From positions 124,001 through 188,000 of the IMG/VR virus record IMGVR_UViG_3300042868_007959: DNA of 64,000 nt; one strand, 5' to 3'. The translations under genes were made by a program, and so were the position numbers. This document shows positions 28,878-39,718 of this stretch, one piece after another. Under the pieces are notes generated by a model, which did not search any database, was not told the origin of the DNA, and saw nothing but the letters and a program-made list of their open reading frames with translations. Positions within the stretch are counted from its first letter, which is position 1. Each line of letters starts with the position of its first letter.

Positions 28878-30876
28878 TTGTTTTTTCTTTAAGTAATGAA
28901 AAGTCTATACAACCTCCACCAATATCTCTTTTACCTAATTCATATTCACCTATGTAGTCACCCAACGTAACTTCTATCTCTAAAGGTGTTACCCCATTAT
29001 AATTGACTAAATTAAATACTCCGTCTGTACCACTTGTATTAACAAGGTTTGATATCGCAGTACCTGATTTAAAACCATACTGTAAAAATGTTGGATCTTG
29101 TAACAACTTTAAGAATTTATTCTGTTGTACGTTTCCTATATCAGAGGAACCTAATGTAATATCTTCCGATATTAATAAAAATTCACATGGTGGATCTTGT
29201 CTTTGGAAATAAAATCTTTTATCTAAATATAAATAATGTGCACCATCCTCAAATGGGTAATCTACACCATTTCCTGTACTATCAAACTCCCCAATTTCCA
29301 TTATATCTCTCCATTTAAATACATTTGGTGCAATCTCAACCGCATAATCAGGTATTTGAAATGATTTTTTTAAGTCCAATATCTCAATTGGGTTAGTTAT
29401 ATTATATTCGTCAATGACAGATTGTAAGTCAACTACGGGATTTATATAGTTCATAAATTCCTTAATTTTTATTAAATTAAAAGGTGAATATATATATCCC
29501 TCTTTTTTGTTTTCTTTACTACTATCTATTTGATTTAACTTTTCTCTATATGTGGTATTAATTCTATGATATAATAATTCTAGTCTTCTTTCTAATAATT
29601 CGTTTTCATTATATTCTACAATGTCACCATCAAAAATATTATCAGACTCATCTATATTTTCAAAATAAAGTGAACCTGTATAATCCGTACTACCGTAAGA
29701 TCTAATATTGTAATTTATATTTACATCATTCTCTAATAAATAACCCGCAGAAATTTTAGTCCAAAATCTAGTATTAAAAGGTACTTGTAGATTTTGTTGT
29801 TTACTAATCCAATATTGGGATGATATAGATGTCGATGAACTATCATTATCATTTTTTATGATTGTTAAATATAGTTCTGTTAATGGTCTATTTAAGTTAT
29901 CCACTAAACCGTCTACATTAATATCTTTTTTAAAGTTAAATGCGGCAACTCTGTCATCAAAATATGTGACACCATATGCAGCAGGATATAAATCATAATC
30001 TTTATAATCTGAACTTGATAAGGATTTAAATTGTCTTACATAATATTTTGAAGGTTTATCTCTGATAACTCTTTTAACTGTACTTATACCTATTGTAAAA
30101 TTGATATCATTCGGATCCACATCTAAAACAAAAGTTCTAAGTTTATTATCATTTGTTTGATTACCTAATTTAAAAACCCTATAAAATTTAGTGGTTAAAT
30201 TTAAAGAATTAATAGATGTAGTATCAATAAAATTTAGTAGACTGATTCTATCCCCCTCAATTAAACCATGATTCATTGCAGTTCTAAAACCCGTATATTT
30301 TCTACCATTTAAATCAATGACAAATTTTTCTATAATAGGAATTCCATCCTTTAGAGATACGTTTGAATTGTTTTTTACTAATACAATATCCTTACTATTA
30401 AATGGGTAAGTTACCTTTAATAAATAATTCTGAATTCCATCACTATCTAAAAAATTTAACCTATCGTAACCAGGATCAAACGGGAAAAATTCACATAACG
30501 CACTTTTATTATCGTTAAACTGTAATGCGTCTTCGTCAGGTTCATCATTATAATATCCAACCCACCCATCTTTTTCAAAAATTGCACTACTTAGTATCGG
30601 TTTACTAACTATGTCATCATTTGAATCAGAATAAATCTTTATATTTTCGTTAAAAAGTGTGTTAGTGATTACTGGTTTTATTATACCGTAAAATCTATAT
30701 ATGTTACTTTCTATTCTTTCCTTTTCAAATTGTTCAAATTGACTTACTGTAGTGTCAACATTATTTAGTGGTATTGGTCGATTATGATTTTCAATACCTA
30801 ATTGGATTTGTGTGTCTACATTAACATTGTTAGGTAATCTAGCACTATTTAATAATATTTTTTTAGTTTCTTCCAT
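28861..30876 (-). CDS. Probable virion structural protein
   Basis: 671 aa, tightly coupled in the baseplate operon. Confidence 0.55.
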   Translation of the reverse strand: MEETKKILLNSARLPNNVNVDTQIQLGIENHNRPIPLNNVDTTVSQFEQFEKERIESNIYRFYGIIKPVITNTLFNENIKIYSDSNDDIVSKPILSSAIFEKDGWVGYYNDEPDEDALQFNDNKSALCEFFPFDPGYDRLNFLDSDGIQNYLLKVTYPFNSKDIVLVKNNSNVSLKDGIPIIEKFVIDLNGRKYTGFRTAMNHGLIEGDRISLLNFIDTTSINSLNLTTKFYRVFKLGNQTNDNKLRTFVLDVDPNDINFTIGISTVKRVIRDKPSKYYVRQFKSLSSSDYKDYDLYPAAYGVTYFDDRVAAFNFKKDINVDGLVDNLNRPLTELYLTIIKNDNDSSSTSISSQYWISKQQNLQVPFNTRFWTKISAGYLLENDVNINYNIRSYGSTDYTGSLYFENIDESDNIFDGDIVEYNENELLERRLELLYHRINTTYREKLNQIDSSKENKKEGYIYSPFNLIKIKEFMNYINPVVDLQSVIDEYNITNPIEILDLKKSFQIPDYAVEIAPNVFKWRDIMEIGEFDSTGNGVDYPFEDGAHYLYLDKRFYFQRQDPPCEFLLISEDITLGSSDIGNVQQNKFLKLLQDPTFLQYGFKSGTAISNLVNTSGTDGVFNLVNYNGVTPLEIEVTLGDYIGEYELGKRDIGGGCIDFSLLKEKTIDDVC

Positions 30877-30877
30877 T

Positions 30878-33800
30878 TTATGATCCTTTACCGTTAAAAG
30901 AAATAAAATTATTGTTAGTTAAAACAGGTGGTGTTCCAATTTCAACTTTTTTGATTAATGTTTCACCTAAACAAGTTTTATAAATTGTAAAATTATTTTG
31001 AGTTTCATTTGAAATATTAGGTGAGTTATTAATATTTTCCTCTACATTAGAGTTTGATGCACCAATACCTTTAAGTGTTGTCGCATTAATTTTATCAGCA
31101 AAGAACTGAGATACTGTCTTATGTAACGCTGTTTTTCCTGGCACTAATCCAAAATAAAGATAATAGGGAGTCTGACTCTTATTAAATTTAATTCCTTTTA
31201 TCGATACATCACCATTTATTTCATCATCGATTAAATCGATACCTCCAGTTGACGTTTGACCAAAATTCAATGACTGACCACCATTAGGGTAATTAATGAA
31301 TGTCGATGTTTGCCCAGGTGCCAAACCATAAAAATAATCTGAAGTTCCATTTGTATTTTTGTAACCACACGCATCACCAGGAATAAATGAGTCTCCGTCA
31401 TTATATTCTGAACGTATATATTCACCATCTAATAGATAATATAATGGTGTTCCATCAGTTAATGTTATTGGTTGGTAAGTTTGGTAAGTATTATCAAATT
31501 CTAAAGATCCTGGTCTAATATGATGAAAATTAAGGTTAGTTGTCTTAAACCCATTAAATCTTCTACAAAAATATTGTCTAACATCAGCATCGTGATCAAA
31601 TCTTAAAAAACAATTCCCAATTTCAATACCTATATCATTTGCGTCAATCATTTCTACCCCTATTTGGGAGTGGTTAACGGTTGCAGCAATATTAGTACAA
31701 ACTGTATTAAAACATGAAAATTCTATATATGCTCTAAGGTTTAACGATAAATCTTTTTTATCGTCAAATTTTAATATAGGTTTAGTTGATCCATCTAAAT
31801 ATGGTGTTTCGTTACCTATTTTATATTTAATTTCTTCATAACTAACGTTAAAAGTAGTTGTTGGAATAGAACTGATTATGAATGGTACATCATCTATATC
31901 ACAGAAAACACTACTTCCTAATTCCATAATAGTCGTAGGTAACATTAAATTAGCTTTATACTCTAAATTATTAAATTTAACATCTCCTTTAGGAATATAT
32001 GGGGTATAATATATTTCATTATCCCACCAACTTATAAGACCATGTTTTATAATTTTACTATAGTTATCATATTCACTTTGACTATATATACATGGTGCGA
32101 CACCGTTTGATCCACAATCAGGTATACAACCAGGTTTAGGACAATTAGGATCGTTATTCGCATCTGCTTCTTCACCTTCTGGTTGATCGATGGGTCCAAA
32201 TGTATTTTGATCTTCAGGTAAAGATCCATCAGGAAAAGTTTCTGAATTACTATATGTGACACAATCCAAACTATTTTTAAAGTATTCTTTTCTTTCTACC
32301 ATTCTAGTATTGTCACATATATTTCTATGGTGTCCATGTCCACCTATGTTTTCCCAAGAAGTAGTTCCATCACCACCATCTGTCTCCACATATTCAGGTT
32401 TACCATGAACTCCTTGTATTTCCCTATCTTTTATTGTGTAAGGTATACCTTGACTATTAAATGCGTTTTGGAAGTCACTAAATGTATTAAATTTTATTGT
32501 ACAACCATCAAAAGAAATTGTGTTACCTTTAAAAACTAATTCTTGAACCGCCAAATTTAAATTAGGGGTTTGTAAATCATTTTCCTCTGTTCCATACCAT
32601 TCAGTAACTCTTCTACCTTTTATTTTTGCGGTACAACCATTAACACTTATTGTTGGGTTAGAAAATAATATTGCAGGTATTTTTATCCTCCATTGATCAA
32701 ATGTTGGATCCCCTTGAAAATTGACACTGTTGTTGCTCTCTCTACAATCAAAATCACAGAATTTATCTTTTTTAATTTGTCCAAATTTTCTTTTTGATTT
32801 CTTTAATTTAAATTTTCTTTTTATCAATGGGAAATATAGTACACCACCTACCCAATCATTATAAAAATCAAATTTTAACATTCTTAGGAAAACTGCAATA
32901 GGTTCCATAACACAGGAAACCCAATCTTTTATTCCTGGTGTTTGTAAACCACCACAATTTTTACAACTAAATGGTTTAACATATGCGGAATTACAACCTT
33001 GTTGGTTACCAAATGGCGTTTCAAATAATGTTACTCTAAGTTCAGTACCCTCATCTGCACACCTTAATGGTATTAATGGTATTTTAACACAACATTTAGA
33101 ACAACATGGTATGTTATCTGGCGGACCCGAACTAGCTGATACATCTATTGTATCATTGGATGGGCACCCTGAAGCATATGAACTAGGGCAACAACTATGA
33201 TTTGCAGATGCAGGACAAATACCTTTACATTTTTTACATAATAGTTTACTAAATATACACCTCCATTTGATAATAAGTGATAACGAAAAAAACGAACCTC
33301 CGCTATCTGCACAGTCTTCAGAACAGTTATTGCCGTTACACAATTCAAGATTAAGTGGTAAATTTATACAATAGTTCAATGTTATACCTATCCCAACAGG
33401 TATTTTAACCGAACAAACAGATGTAATTAACCCATTAATGATATTAAGAATCCCATTAATAAATCCTACAATGTGACCGAATAATGTCATTAATAAACAT
33501 ATTATACTGTACAGTGGATTTAAATTAACATCTATTCTATTAGTTGGAAATTTATTAACACCTTCACCATTTAAAATATCTTTAATACCTATAAACCCTC
33601 TAGCCTCATCGTTTTTCAGTTTTTGCATTCTACCAATGTACTGTTTAACTGTATAAACTTTTTTCCATCTAAAAGGGTAGAATTCTTCTAAGTAATTATA
33701 TTGATTCCTTAAATCATTTGCATAAGGAGTACCTGTAGTAATTGTTGATAATTGTTTATTAATAGTGAAATCCTGACTATTTTTTAAATCATCAGAACCG

Positions 33801-34978
33801 TATTCACCAAAATTAAAGTTATTGTTTGTATTAGGTACTAAAAATTTTGCCCTCTGTCTCAACCTTTTATCGTTAGAAGTTGCATCCATAGATATTCTAA
33901 ATCTATAATCACCTTCTGTTGCAACACCTTTAATACCATCTGGAGATGGGACTAAATTACCAAATTCATCCGTTACTACTTTTCTAACATTCATTGGTAC
34001 TAATAATGACCAATTACCGTTTTCATCTACACCATTACCCTTAAAACTATATTTTTCTATTGCACCATCTACCGTTCTTCTAATTGCCTCTACATTACCA
34101 GGTCCTGTAATTACCTCGTTCATTTTACCCATTTCTCTAGTGGGTTTACAATTCTTATTTAAAGAATCTTTTTCATCATCCGAAAAAACACTACCCATAA
34201 AAATTGCGGTAGGAACTAGTTCTAAATTATCTATAGAAATATCGTACCTATTAATCCCTAATGCACTACCCACACTTAGACTATCACACCAATAAGGTTC
34301 TACCCTCACAGGAATGTTTTCTGAAAAAATTTGTGGTAAACTATCTAAATTATTTGAGGATTTGAATTTAAACCTATCTTTAAATAAGTCATCACTATAA
34401 CCTTGTTCAATCATTTCAAATGGTCGAACAGATAAGAACCCTATATCACTTACATCCATATCATAGTGTAAGAAATGATCACCAACTGGTACCCCAAATA
34501 AAATATAATCTCCCGCCTCATTGGTAGTCGTAGTATATTTATAATACTTTTCGTAAATTTCTAATGTCGTATTATTATCTAATACCTCTCTTTTTTTAGG
34601 AAATGTACCAACAGGTGTATGATCTAACTTTTGTTGGTTTTTTGGTAATACATTATATCTTATACCATTTCTATTTTTTTGATCAGGAAATGGTTCAGTA
34701 TATGGGTAAATTGCGGATTTTACTGGATCTGTTAAATCAGTTTCATCAACAGGTACAAATATAGAAACTCTTACATTTGGGACACCGAATCCGTTATTTA
34801 TTATAACTCTTCCAGCTATAACACCATATTCGGCACAAAAACTTTGGTAATCGTCTTTTTGTGATATTTTTAAACTTAATATTTCTAAATGATCATAATT
34901 TTGACTAAGATCAACATTAACCTTTAAATATCCATTTTCATTACCTGGTTTTGTCCTAATTCTATATGATTTAGACAT
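30878..34978 (-). CDS. Large virion protein with N-terminal carboxypeptidase-regulatory-like (prealbumin/Ig) domain and hydrophobic Cys-rich centre
   Basis: GVIAGRVIINNGFGVPNVRVSIF...TTTTNEAGDYILFGVPVG; LYSIICLLMTLFGHIVGFINGILNIINGLI followed by a Cys cluster. Confidence 0.65.
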   Translation of the reverse strand: MSKSYRIRTKPGNENGYLKVNVDLSQNYDHLEILSLKISQKDDYQSFCAEYGVIAGRVIINNGFGVPNVRVSIFVPVDETDLTDPVKSAIYPYTEPFPDQKNRNGIRYNVLPKNQQKLDHTPVGTFPKKREVLDNNTTLEIYEKYYKYTTTTNEAGDYILFGVPVGDHFLHYDMDVSDIGFLSVRPFEMIEQGYSDDLFKDRFKFKSSNNLDSLPQIFSENIPVRVEPYWCDSLSVGSALGINRYDISIDNLELVPTAIFMGSVFSDDEKDSLNKNCKPTREMGKMNEVITGPGNVEAIRRTVDGAIEKYSFKGNGVDENGNWSLLVPMNVRKVVTDEFGNLVPSPDGIKGVATEGDYRFRISMDATSNDKRLRQRAKFLVPNTNNNFNFGEYGSDDLKNSQDFTINKQLSTITTGTPYANDLRNQYNYLEEFYPFRWKKVYTVKQYIGRMQKLKNDEARGFIGIKDILNGEGVNKFPTNRIDVNLNPLYSIICLLMTLFGHIVGFINGILNIINGLITSVCSVKIPVGIGITLNYCINLPLNLELCNGNNCSEDCADSGGSFFSLSLIIKWRCIFSKLLCKKCKGICPASANHSCCPSSYASGCPSNDTIDVSASSGPPDNIPCCSKCCVKIPLIPLRCADEGTELRVTLFETPFGNQQGCNSAYVKPFSCKNCGGLQTPGIKDWVSCVMEPIAVFLRMLKFDFYNDWVGGVLYFPLIKRKFKLKKSKRKFGQIKKDKFCDFDCRESNNSVNFQGDPTFDQWRIKIPAILFSNPTISVNGCTAKIKGRRVTEWYGTEENDLQTPNLNLAVQELVFKGNTISFDGCTIKFNTFSDFQNAFNSQGIPYTIKDREIQGVHGKPEYVETDGGDGTTSWENIGGHGHHRNICDNTRMVERKEYFKNSLDCVTYSNSETFPDGSLPEDQNTFGPIDQPEGEEADANNDPNCPKPGCIPDCGSNGVAPCIYSQSEYDNYSKIIKHGLISWWDNEIYYTPYIPKGDVKFNNLEYKANLMLPTTIMELGSSVFCDIDDVPFIISSIPTTTFNVSYEEIKYKIGNETPYLDGSTKPILKFDDKKDLSLNLRAYIEFSCFNTVCTNIAATVNHSQIGVEMIDANDIGIEIGNCFLRFDHDADVRQYFCRRFNGFKTTNLNFHHIRPGSLEFDNTYQTYQPITLTDGTPLYYLLDGEYIRSEYNDGDSFIPGDACGYKNTNGTSDYFYGLAPGQTSTFINYPNGGQSLNFGQTSTGGIDLIDDEINGDVSIKGIKFNKSQTPYYLYFGLVPGKTALHKTVSQFFADKINATTLKGIGASNSNVEENINNSPNISNETQNNFTIYKTCLGETLIKKVEIGTPPVLTNNNFISFNGKGS

Positions 34979-34985
34979 TTAAATA

Positions 34986-35420
34986 TCACTTTTTTTTCTT
35001 ATTATTCTTTTGTTCAAAAATCTCTATATCATCAAAATCTTTATTTTTTTCAGAATCTTTTTTTAATTCTTCTACATAATCCACATTTTCACTAAATTGA
35101 TTTTCACGTTTTTTAATTTCTCTATTATATTTGAACTTAGCATAACCATTTAATATAGACATAAAAAACCCTTTTAATTTTTTAGTTACTTTAGGTAATG
35201 ATTTAGGTAAAAAGAATGTCATAAAAATTTGACCCACTAAAACTAAAATAATTAGTGGTAACGCAATTAAAATAACAAAAAATGCAATTAACTTAAAAAA
35301 GAAATTTCCGTTATAGTTCCCATTCTGAATAGATTCAGGAATTAAATTAATATCTATAGTTTCTTGTTTTTGTTGATTCATACTTTTTTTACTTTTTTCT
35401 TTACATGTTTTACATTCCAT
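34986..35420 (-). CDS. Membrane protein with N-terminal CxxC
   Basis: MECKTCK; hydrophobic FFFKLIAFFVILIALPLIILVLVGQIFMTFFL. Confidence 0.75.
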   Translation of the reverse strand: MECKTCKEKSKKSMNQQKQETIDINLIPESIQNGNYNGNFFFKLIAFFVILIALPLIILVLVGQIFMTFFLPKSLPKVTKKLKGFFMSILNGYAKFKYNREIKKRENQFSENVDYVEELKKDSEKNKDFDDIEIFEQKNNKKKK

Positions 35421-35470
35421 AACTTATATTTTTTATAATAAAACTAATTAGTTTTTCAAAAAAGTAATTA

Positions 35471-37300
35471 CTATGATGTAGAAATAGTGACTTTTATATC
35501 TTTATTTGGGAATTTTACCTCAAACATCGCATTAGGTGCACCAAATAATGTATACCTACCTAATAGATCTATCTGTCTAGTTGTATCATCAATATATGGT
35601 TGAGCTATCTCATTTAAAGAATATTTACCATTTTCATTAACTTTATTAAATACTCTAAGATCGGTAACATTTAAAACTCCCGCCACATTATTTATATTCT
35701 CTACTAATTGAGATATGTAGATATTATCACCCATATCCCATTTGTTGATATCAAAATATTGTGTAACTGATGAGATAACACCTGATATAACTTCTCCTTT
35801 TGGAGTTGCCTTATCTGCAAAAATATCTATCTCAAAACCTAAATTAATTACCCTACCATTTTTAACAGTGACGTAATCATTTATCATTCTATAATCCGCC
35901 AAATATTCTGCAATATTTTGTTTTAGGGTTGAGGTTGACTCAGTAGTTAATTTACTAGCCGAATCTAATGCCAATATATAAACATTAATTTTATTTCTTT
36001 CCTCCCATACACCTGTTCTAAATGGAACACCAAATTTACCAGGCATTAGTGGAACTCTACTTTGGTAATCTTTTATAGTTACACATCTATCTTGTGCAGA
36101 AAAATTATACTTAACTAAATTTCTTATTTCTTCAACTGATGGTTCTTCTTTACCCCCTAATGCAGGAATTGGGTTATTAACACTAATACTATTTTTTACA
36201 ATTCTATTAATGTTACTGTCATCACCATTTATGATACTACTAACAGTACCTAAAGTAGTAATAGTATTTGGACCAATATTCGAATCTTGTCCACCACCTA
36301 TTCTATATCTAACATATAGTGTGTTATTTGTTTGTGGTATCGCACCTAATGATAAATTATTAACTACTCTACCTATTCTATCTATTTGTCCTCTACAACC
36401 GATGAATTCATTTAATTCTGAAATATCTGAATCACCTGCACCAAATGTTATTTTACAAAAACCATTATCAGTAAATTCTTTAATAAATCTTTGCGGTGCA
36501 TTCTTCCATTTACCTACAACAACTCCTTCTCTATCAGAAACAGTATTCTCATCTTCTATATAAATCTCTGCCTGTGCCAATGCAGGTACCTCAAACCAAT
36601 TATAGTTGAAATTGGAAAAGTCTGCTTCCGTTGGGTTGTTAATAAAATTAGTACCTTCTTTAGTTATTATGTTTTCTATCGATAATACATTATCTTCAGG
36701 TAATATAATCTCTAAAAATGGTCTGTAATCTTCTCTACTTAATGTTTTTTTAAATATCTTTGTGAAACCATTTAACATGATTTCCCTTTTTGTAAGAGAG
36801 TAGTTTTGAATTATCCCACTACCATCTATATTAGGTATTATTAATCTATTAGGTATACCTCCTGTCGTAAATGGAGATGAGAAATCACAATCTTCTATTA
36901 ATTCAAATACCTTTCCAGCACCAGTTGCCTGTGAACCTTTAAGTATTTTAGGTGCATAACTTATGTCAAATGTATCACCATTTACAGGAATATTAGTCAC
37001 AGTCCAATCCACAATCGTAATACTTGGTCGTTTACCTGGTATATTTAAACCAAAAGTTCTTGCCAATTCTAAAACTGATGATCTTTCTTGTGCATAACTT
37101 ATTTGTGTCTCATTAAACATCCTATCAGTGTGGAATGATAACATATCACCTACTGCAGCGTTTAATTCTAATAACATCATACCTACAGAGGCATCGTTAA
37201 AATCTGAAAAAATCTCAGGATAATACTTCTGTATAAATTCAATAAGTTGTAATCTCACATCTGTGAAGTTACGTGCATTATAATCTATTTTTTTTGCCAT
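35471..37300 (-). CDS. Baseplate wedge protein (T4 gp6 / baseplate J-like)
   Basis: DFNDASVGMMLLELNAAVGD, FGAG, YRIGGG..SN, GGKEEPSVEEIR, AQDRCVTIKDY. Confidence 0.9.
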   Translation of the reverse strand: MAKKIDYNARNFTDVRLQLIEFIQKYYPEIFSDFNDASVGMMLLELNAAVGDMLSFHTDRMFNETQISYAQERSSVLELARTFGLNIPGKRPSITIVDWTVTNIPVNGDTFDISYAPKILKGSQATGAGKVFELIEDCDFSSPFTTGGIPNRLIIPNIDGSGIIQNYSLTKREIMLNGFTKIFKKTLSREDYRPFLEIILPEDNVLSIENIITKEGTNFINNPTEADFSNFNYNWFEVPALAQAEIYIEDENTVSDREGVVVGKWKNAPQRFIKEFTDNGFCKITFGAGDSDISELNEFIGCRGQIDRIGRVVNNLSLGAIPQTNNTLYVRYRIGGGQDSNIGPNTITTLGTVSSIINGDDSNINRIVKNSISVNNPIPALGGKEEPSVEEIRNLVKYNFSAQDRCVTIKDYQSRVPLMPGKFGVPFRTGVWEERNKINVYILALDSASKLTTESTSTLKQNIAEYLADYRMINDYVTVKNGRVINLGFEIDIFADKATPKGEVISGVISSVTQYFDINKWDMGDNIYISQLVENINNVAGVLNVTDLRVFNKVNENGKYSLNEIAQPYIDDTTRQIDLLGRYTLFGAPNAMFEVKFPNKDIKVTISTS

Positions 37301-37302
37301 AT

Positions 37303-37686
37303 TTAGAATGTTAAGGTTATAGTATCAGTACTTGCGAAAGTTCCTTCCGTAACCGTATAAGTTAATTCCACAATTATTAATTCTTCTATATCATCATTTC
37401 TAAATGATATATCGTTTATAAGTAAGTTTGGTATATACAGTTTAATTGTGTCGTTTAAATTATCCCTAATTTGATCATGCGTAATTGCATCATTTGGTTC
37501 AAAAATGTATTTTTTTAAATCACTACCGAAATCTGGAAGATATAGTCTTTCTCCTTTATTAGTTAGAAGTAAATGCAATAAATCTGATCTAATAGCATCT
37601 TTATCAGTTTTATTCATTTTAAAATAAAAACCGTTATCACTATCTCTAAAAGGGAAATCTATATTTATATACCTAGTCTTTGCCAT
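37303..37686 (-). CDS. Baseplate wedge gp25/gpW-like protein
   Basis: IDFPF, LLLTNKGERLYLPDFGSDL, FEP, YIP. Late motif at 37693-37700. Confidence 0.92.
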   Translation of the reverse strand: MAKTRYINIDFPFRDSDNGFYFKMNKTDKDAIRSDLLHLLLTNKGERLYLPDFGSDLKKYIFEPNDAITHDQIRDNLNDTIKLYIPNLLINDISFRNDDIEELIIVELTYTVTEGTFASTDTITLTF

Positions 37687-37746
37687 ATGTATATAAATAT
37701 AATAGTATAAAATTTTTGAAAAGAAATATTAAAATAATAATTAATA

Positions 37747-39648
37747 TTACTCACATTTAACTTCCATGTTAAATATTGTTCTTTCTAATGGTGAAAATGC
37801 TAATACAATAACATTAAAATTTTCATTCTCTTTAGTTATTTTAAAGGATGTACCCGATTTCATTATACCTTTATATTTAACTATATTATCTTTAATGTTA
37901 CCTGTTTTAATAATTTCGTCAGTTATTTTTTCTGCTTCAGAATCCCCATTTTTGAAAATATCGGTAACATTTAATTTCCCTCCTTTAGATTTAATTGATG
38001 CATTGATGCTTTCTAATAAACCATCTTCACGTTTATACATTATTAATTCACCAACAAAGTTTCTGACAACATTATCCATTCCACTATAATCATTATCACC
38101 CGCATTCAATTCGTCTTTAACAATTTTTTTAACGTAATCAGATTGTAATGGTAAAACTTTTTTCTTTTCCAATACACTTAGAGCAACTTGTTTATATTCC
38201 ATATTATAAACATCACCCATAAATCCACTAAAAAATTCTTGATCACCATATTTTAGATAAAATGCGTCTGGAACAACTAATGAGTCAAATGAAATTGTCA
38301 CTGTGTCTCCTTCACCTACAGGAAAACTACTATCTAGTGACGCAGCAACAAAGTTATTTTGTTTTGTACCCCTACCACCTTCTTTTTTTGTGGAAGAATT
38401 ACATTTTATAGGTGGTTTTGGTGTAACACAATTACACGCTTCTGGAATAGGTTTTACCTTACCTTCAGGGCAATCACATTCTTTTGTCTCCTCATTGTAT
38501 TTCATTCCATCAGGACATTTACACTTACCATCCTCATCTCTTTTCATACATTTATTAGGACATTCTTCTGGTGGTAATTTTACACATCTACAATCCTCTG
38601 TCTTTTTAAAATCTTTAGGGCAATCACATTCTTTTGTCTCCTCATTGAATGTCATTCCTTCTGGACAATCACATTTTTTTGTTTCTTTATTAAATGTCAT
38701 ACAAGGATCTGGACAACTATTACATTCACAATTTTCATCTGCCTCTTTACCGTTAGGGCAAAAACATTTACCATCTTTTTCTGTTAACCCTTCTTTACAT
38801 TTACATTTTTTTGTTTGTGTATCCCTAATCATACATTTGGGACACGGATCATTAGGTGTAAAACATAAAATTGCATCTATCATTACAAATTGACCAGCAT
38901 TTAATTCACCACTTTTAATAGATGCCATTACACTAGAATGTGTATCAGTTTTATCAGTAGTATATATTGATCCCGATTCAACTGATTTTACTTCTTGTTT
39001 AAAATTATCTGCTACTTTAATATTATTTTGTTGTGCGTACGCAACAATTTTATTTGTAAGTTCATCTAAAACTTTTTGTGCTCTTCTTTTTGCTAAATCT
39101 TCATTCTTCTTTTTACCTGTAGCATTTTTATCATATGTCGCTTTCGGAGTTTTATCAAAACCCTTACAACCCGAACCCCAAGGTTTTAATGATTTTATAC
39201 CAACATTAACATCATATTCGTTACAATATTTAGGTTCTACCGCAGGAAATTTATTACTATTACTACCTTTCCAGTAATTACTAGCACCACCAAATACATT
39301 AATGTCCTCAACAGTGAACTGTCCATCTTCAAATAAACCAAATTGTTCTTCTACTTTTTGTTTAAATTTTTGGAAGAATTTTTCAGGTACTTCGGTATTT
39401 ACATCACTTTCAGTGTTATATCTTTCAGTGTTTGTAATATAAACACAATTTTTTTTATCTGTTTTTTTTAACTCAGTAGTAGGTTCTGGTTTAGTTTCTG
39501 TAGATTTATTACTATCATTTGTTTTAGTTTCCGCAGGTTTAGATGAAACCCCTTGAACTGAGGAAGTACTCACTTCATTAATATTTGAGGTGCTATCATA
39601 CACCATTAAAGACTTAATTCTTTGCAACTCTTCAAAAAGATTCTTCAT
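37747..39648 (-). CDS. Protein with OmpA-like segment and tandem CxC Cys-rich repeats
   Basis: INVFGGAS...NEDLAKRRAQKVLDEL, nine CxC motifs, leader MKNLFEELQRIKSLM. Confidence 0.7.
   Translation of the reverse strand: MKNLFEELQRIKSLMVYDSTSNINEVSTSSVQGVSSKPAETKTNDSNKSTETKPEPTTELKKTDKKNCVYITNTERYNTESDVNTEVPEKFFQKFKQKVEEQFGLFEDGQFTVEDINVFGGASNYWKGSNSNKFPAVEPKYCNEYDVNVGIKSLKPWGSGCKGFDKTPKATYDKNATGKKKNEDLAKRRAQKVLDELTNKIVAYAQQNNIKVADNFKQEVKSVESGSIYTTDKTDTHSSVMASIKSGELNAGQFVMIDAILCFTPNDPCPKCMIRDTQTKKCKCKEGLTEKDGKCFCPNGKEADENCECNSCPDPCMTFNKETKKCDCPEGMTFNEETKECDCPKDFKKTEDCRCVKLPPEECPNKCMKRDEDGKCKCPDGMKYNEETKECDCPEGKVKPIPEACNCVTPKPPIKCNSSTKKEGGRGTKQNNFVAASLDSSFPVGEGDTVTISFDSLVVPDAFYLKYGDQEFFSGFMGDVYNMEYKQVALSVLEKKKVLPLQSDYVKKIVKDELNAGDNDYSGMDNVVRNFVGELIMYKREDGLLESINASIKSKGGKLNVTDIFKNGDSEAEKITDEIIKTGNIKDNIVKYKGIMKSGTSFKITKENENFNVIVLAFSPLERTIFNMEVKCE
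38467..38647. repeat. 31-nt perfect direct repeat inside the Cys-rich region
   Basis: agggcaatcacattcttttgtctcctcattg at 38467-38497 and 38617-38647 (NEETKECDCP). Confidence 0.9.
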
Positions 39649-39663
39649 ATTCTTTTAAAAATT

Positions 39664-39694
39664 TTTGTTTATTAAAAAAAAACTATTATATTTG
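39664..39694 (+). promoter_or_regulatory. Bacteroidota-type promoter
   Basis: TTTG-19 nt-TATATTTG upstream of the ATG at 39719. Confidence 0.7.
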
Positions 39695-39718
39695 TTCTTA
39701 TATAAATACAAAACAACT

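Noticed and set aside
20921-38647. Diversity-generating retroelement TR/VR pair
   Set aside because: The repeats are short, lack adenine-specific mismatch patterns, and no reverse transcriptase is in the window.
37747-39648. Eukaryotic or giant-virus origin suggested by Cys-rich repeats
   Set aside because: The context is bacteriophage (gp25, gp6, sigma-70, bacterial promoters and terminators).
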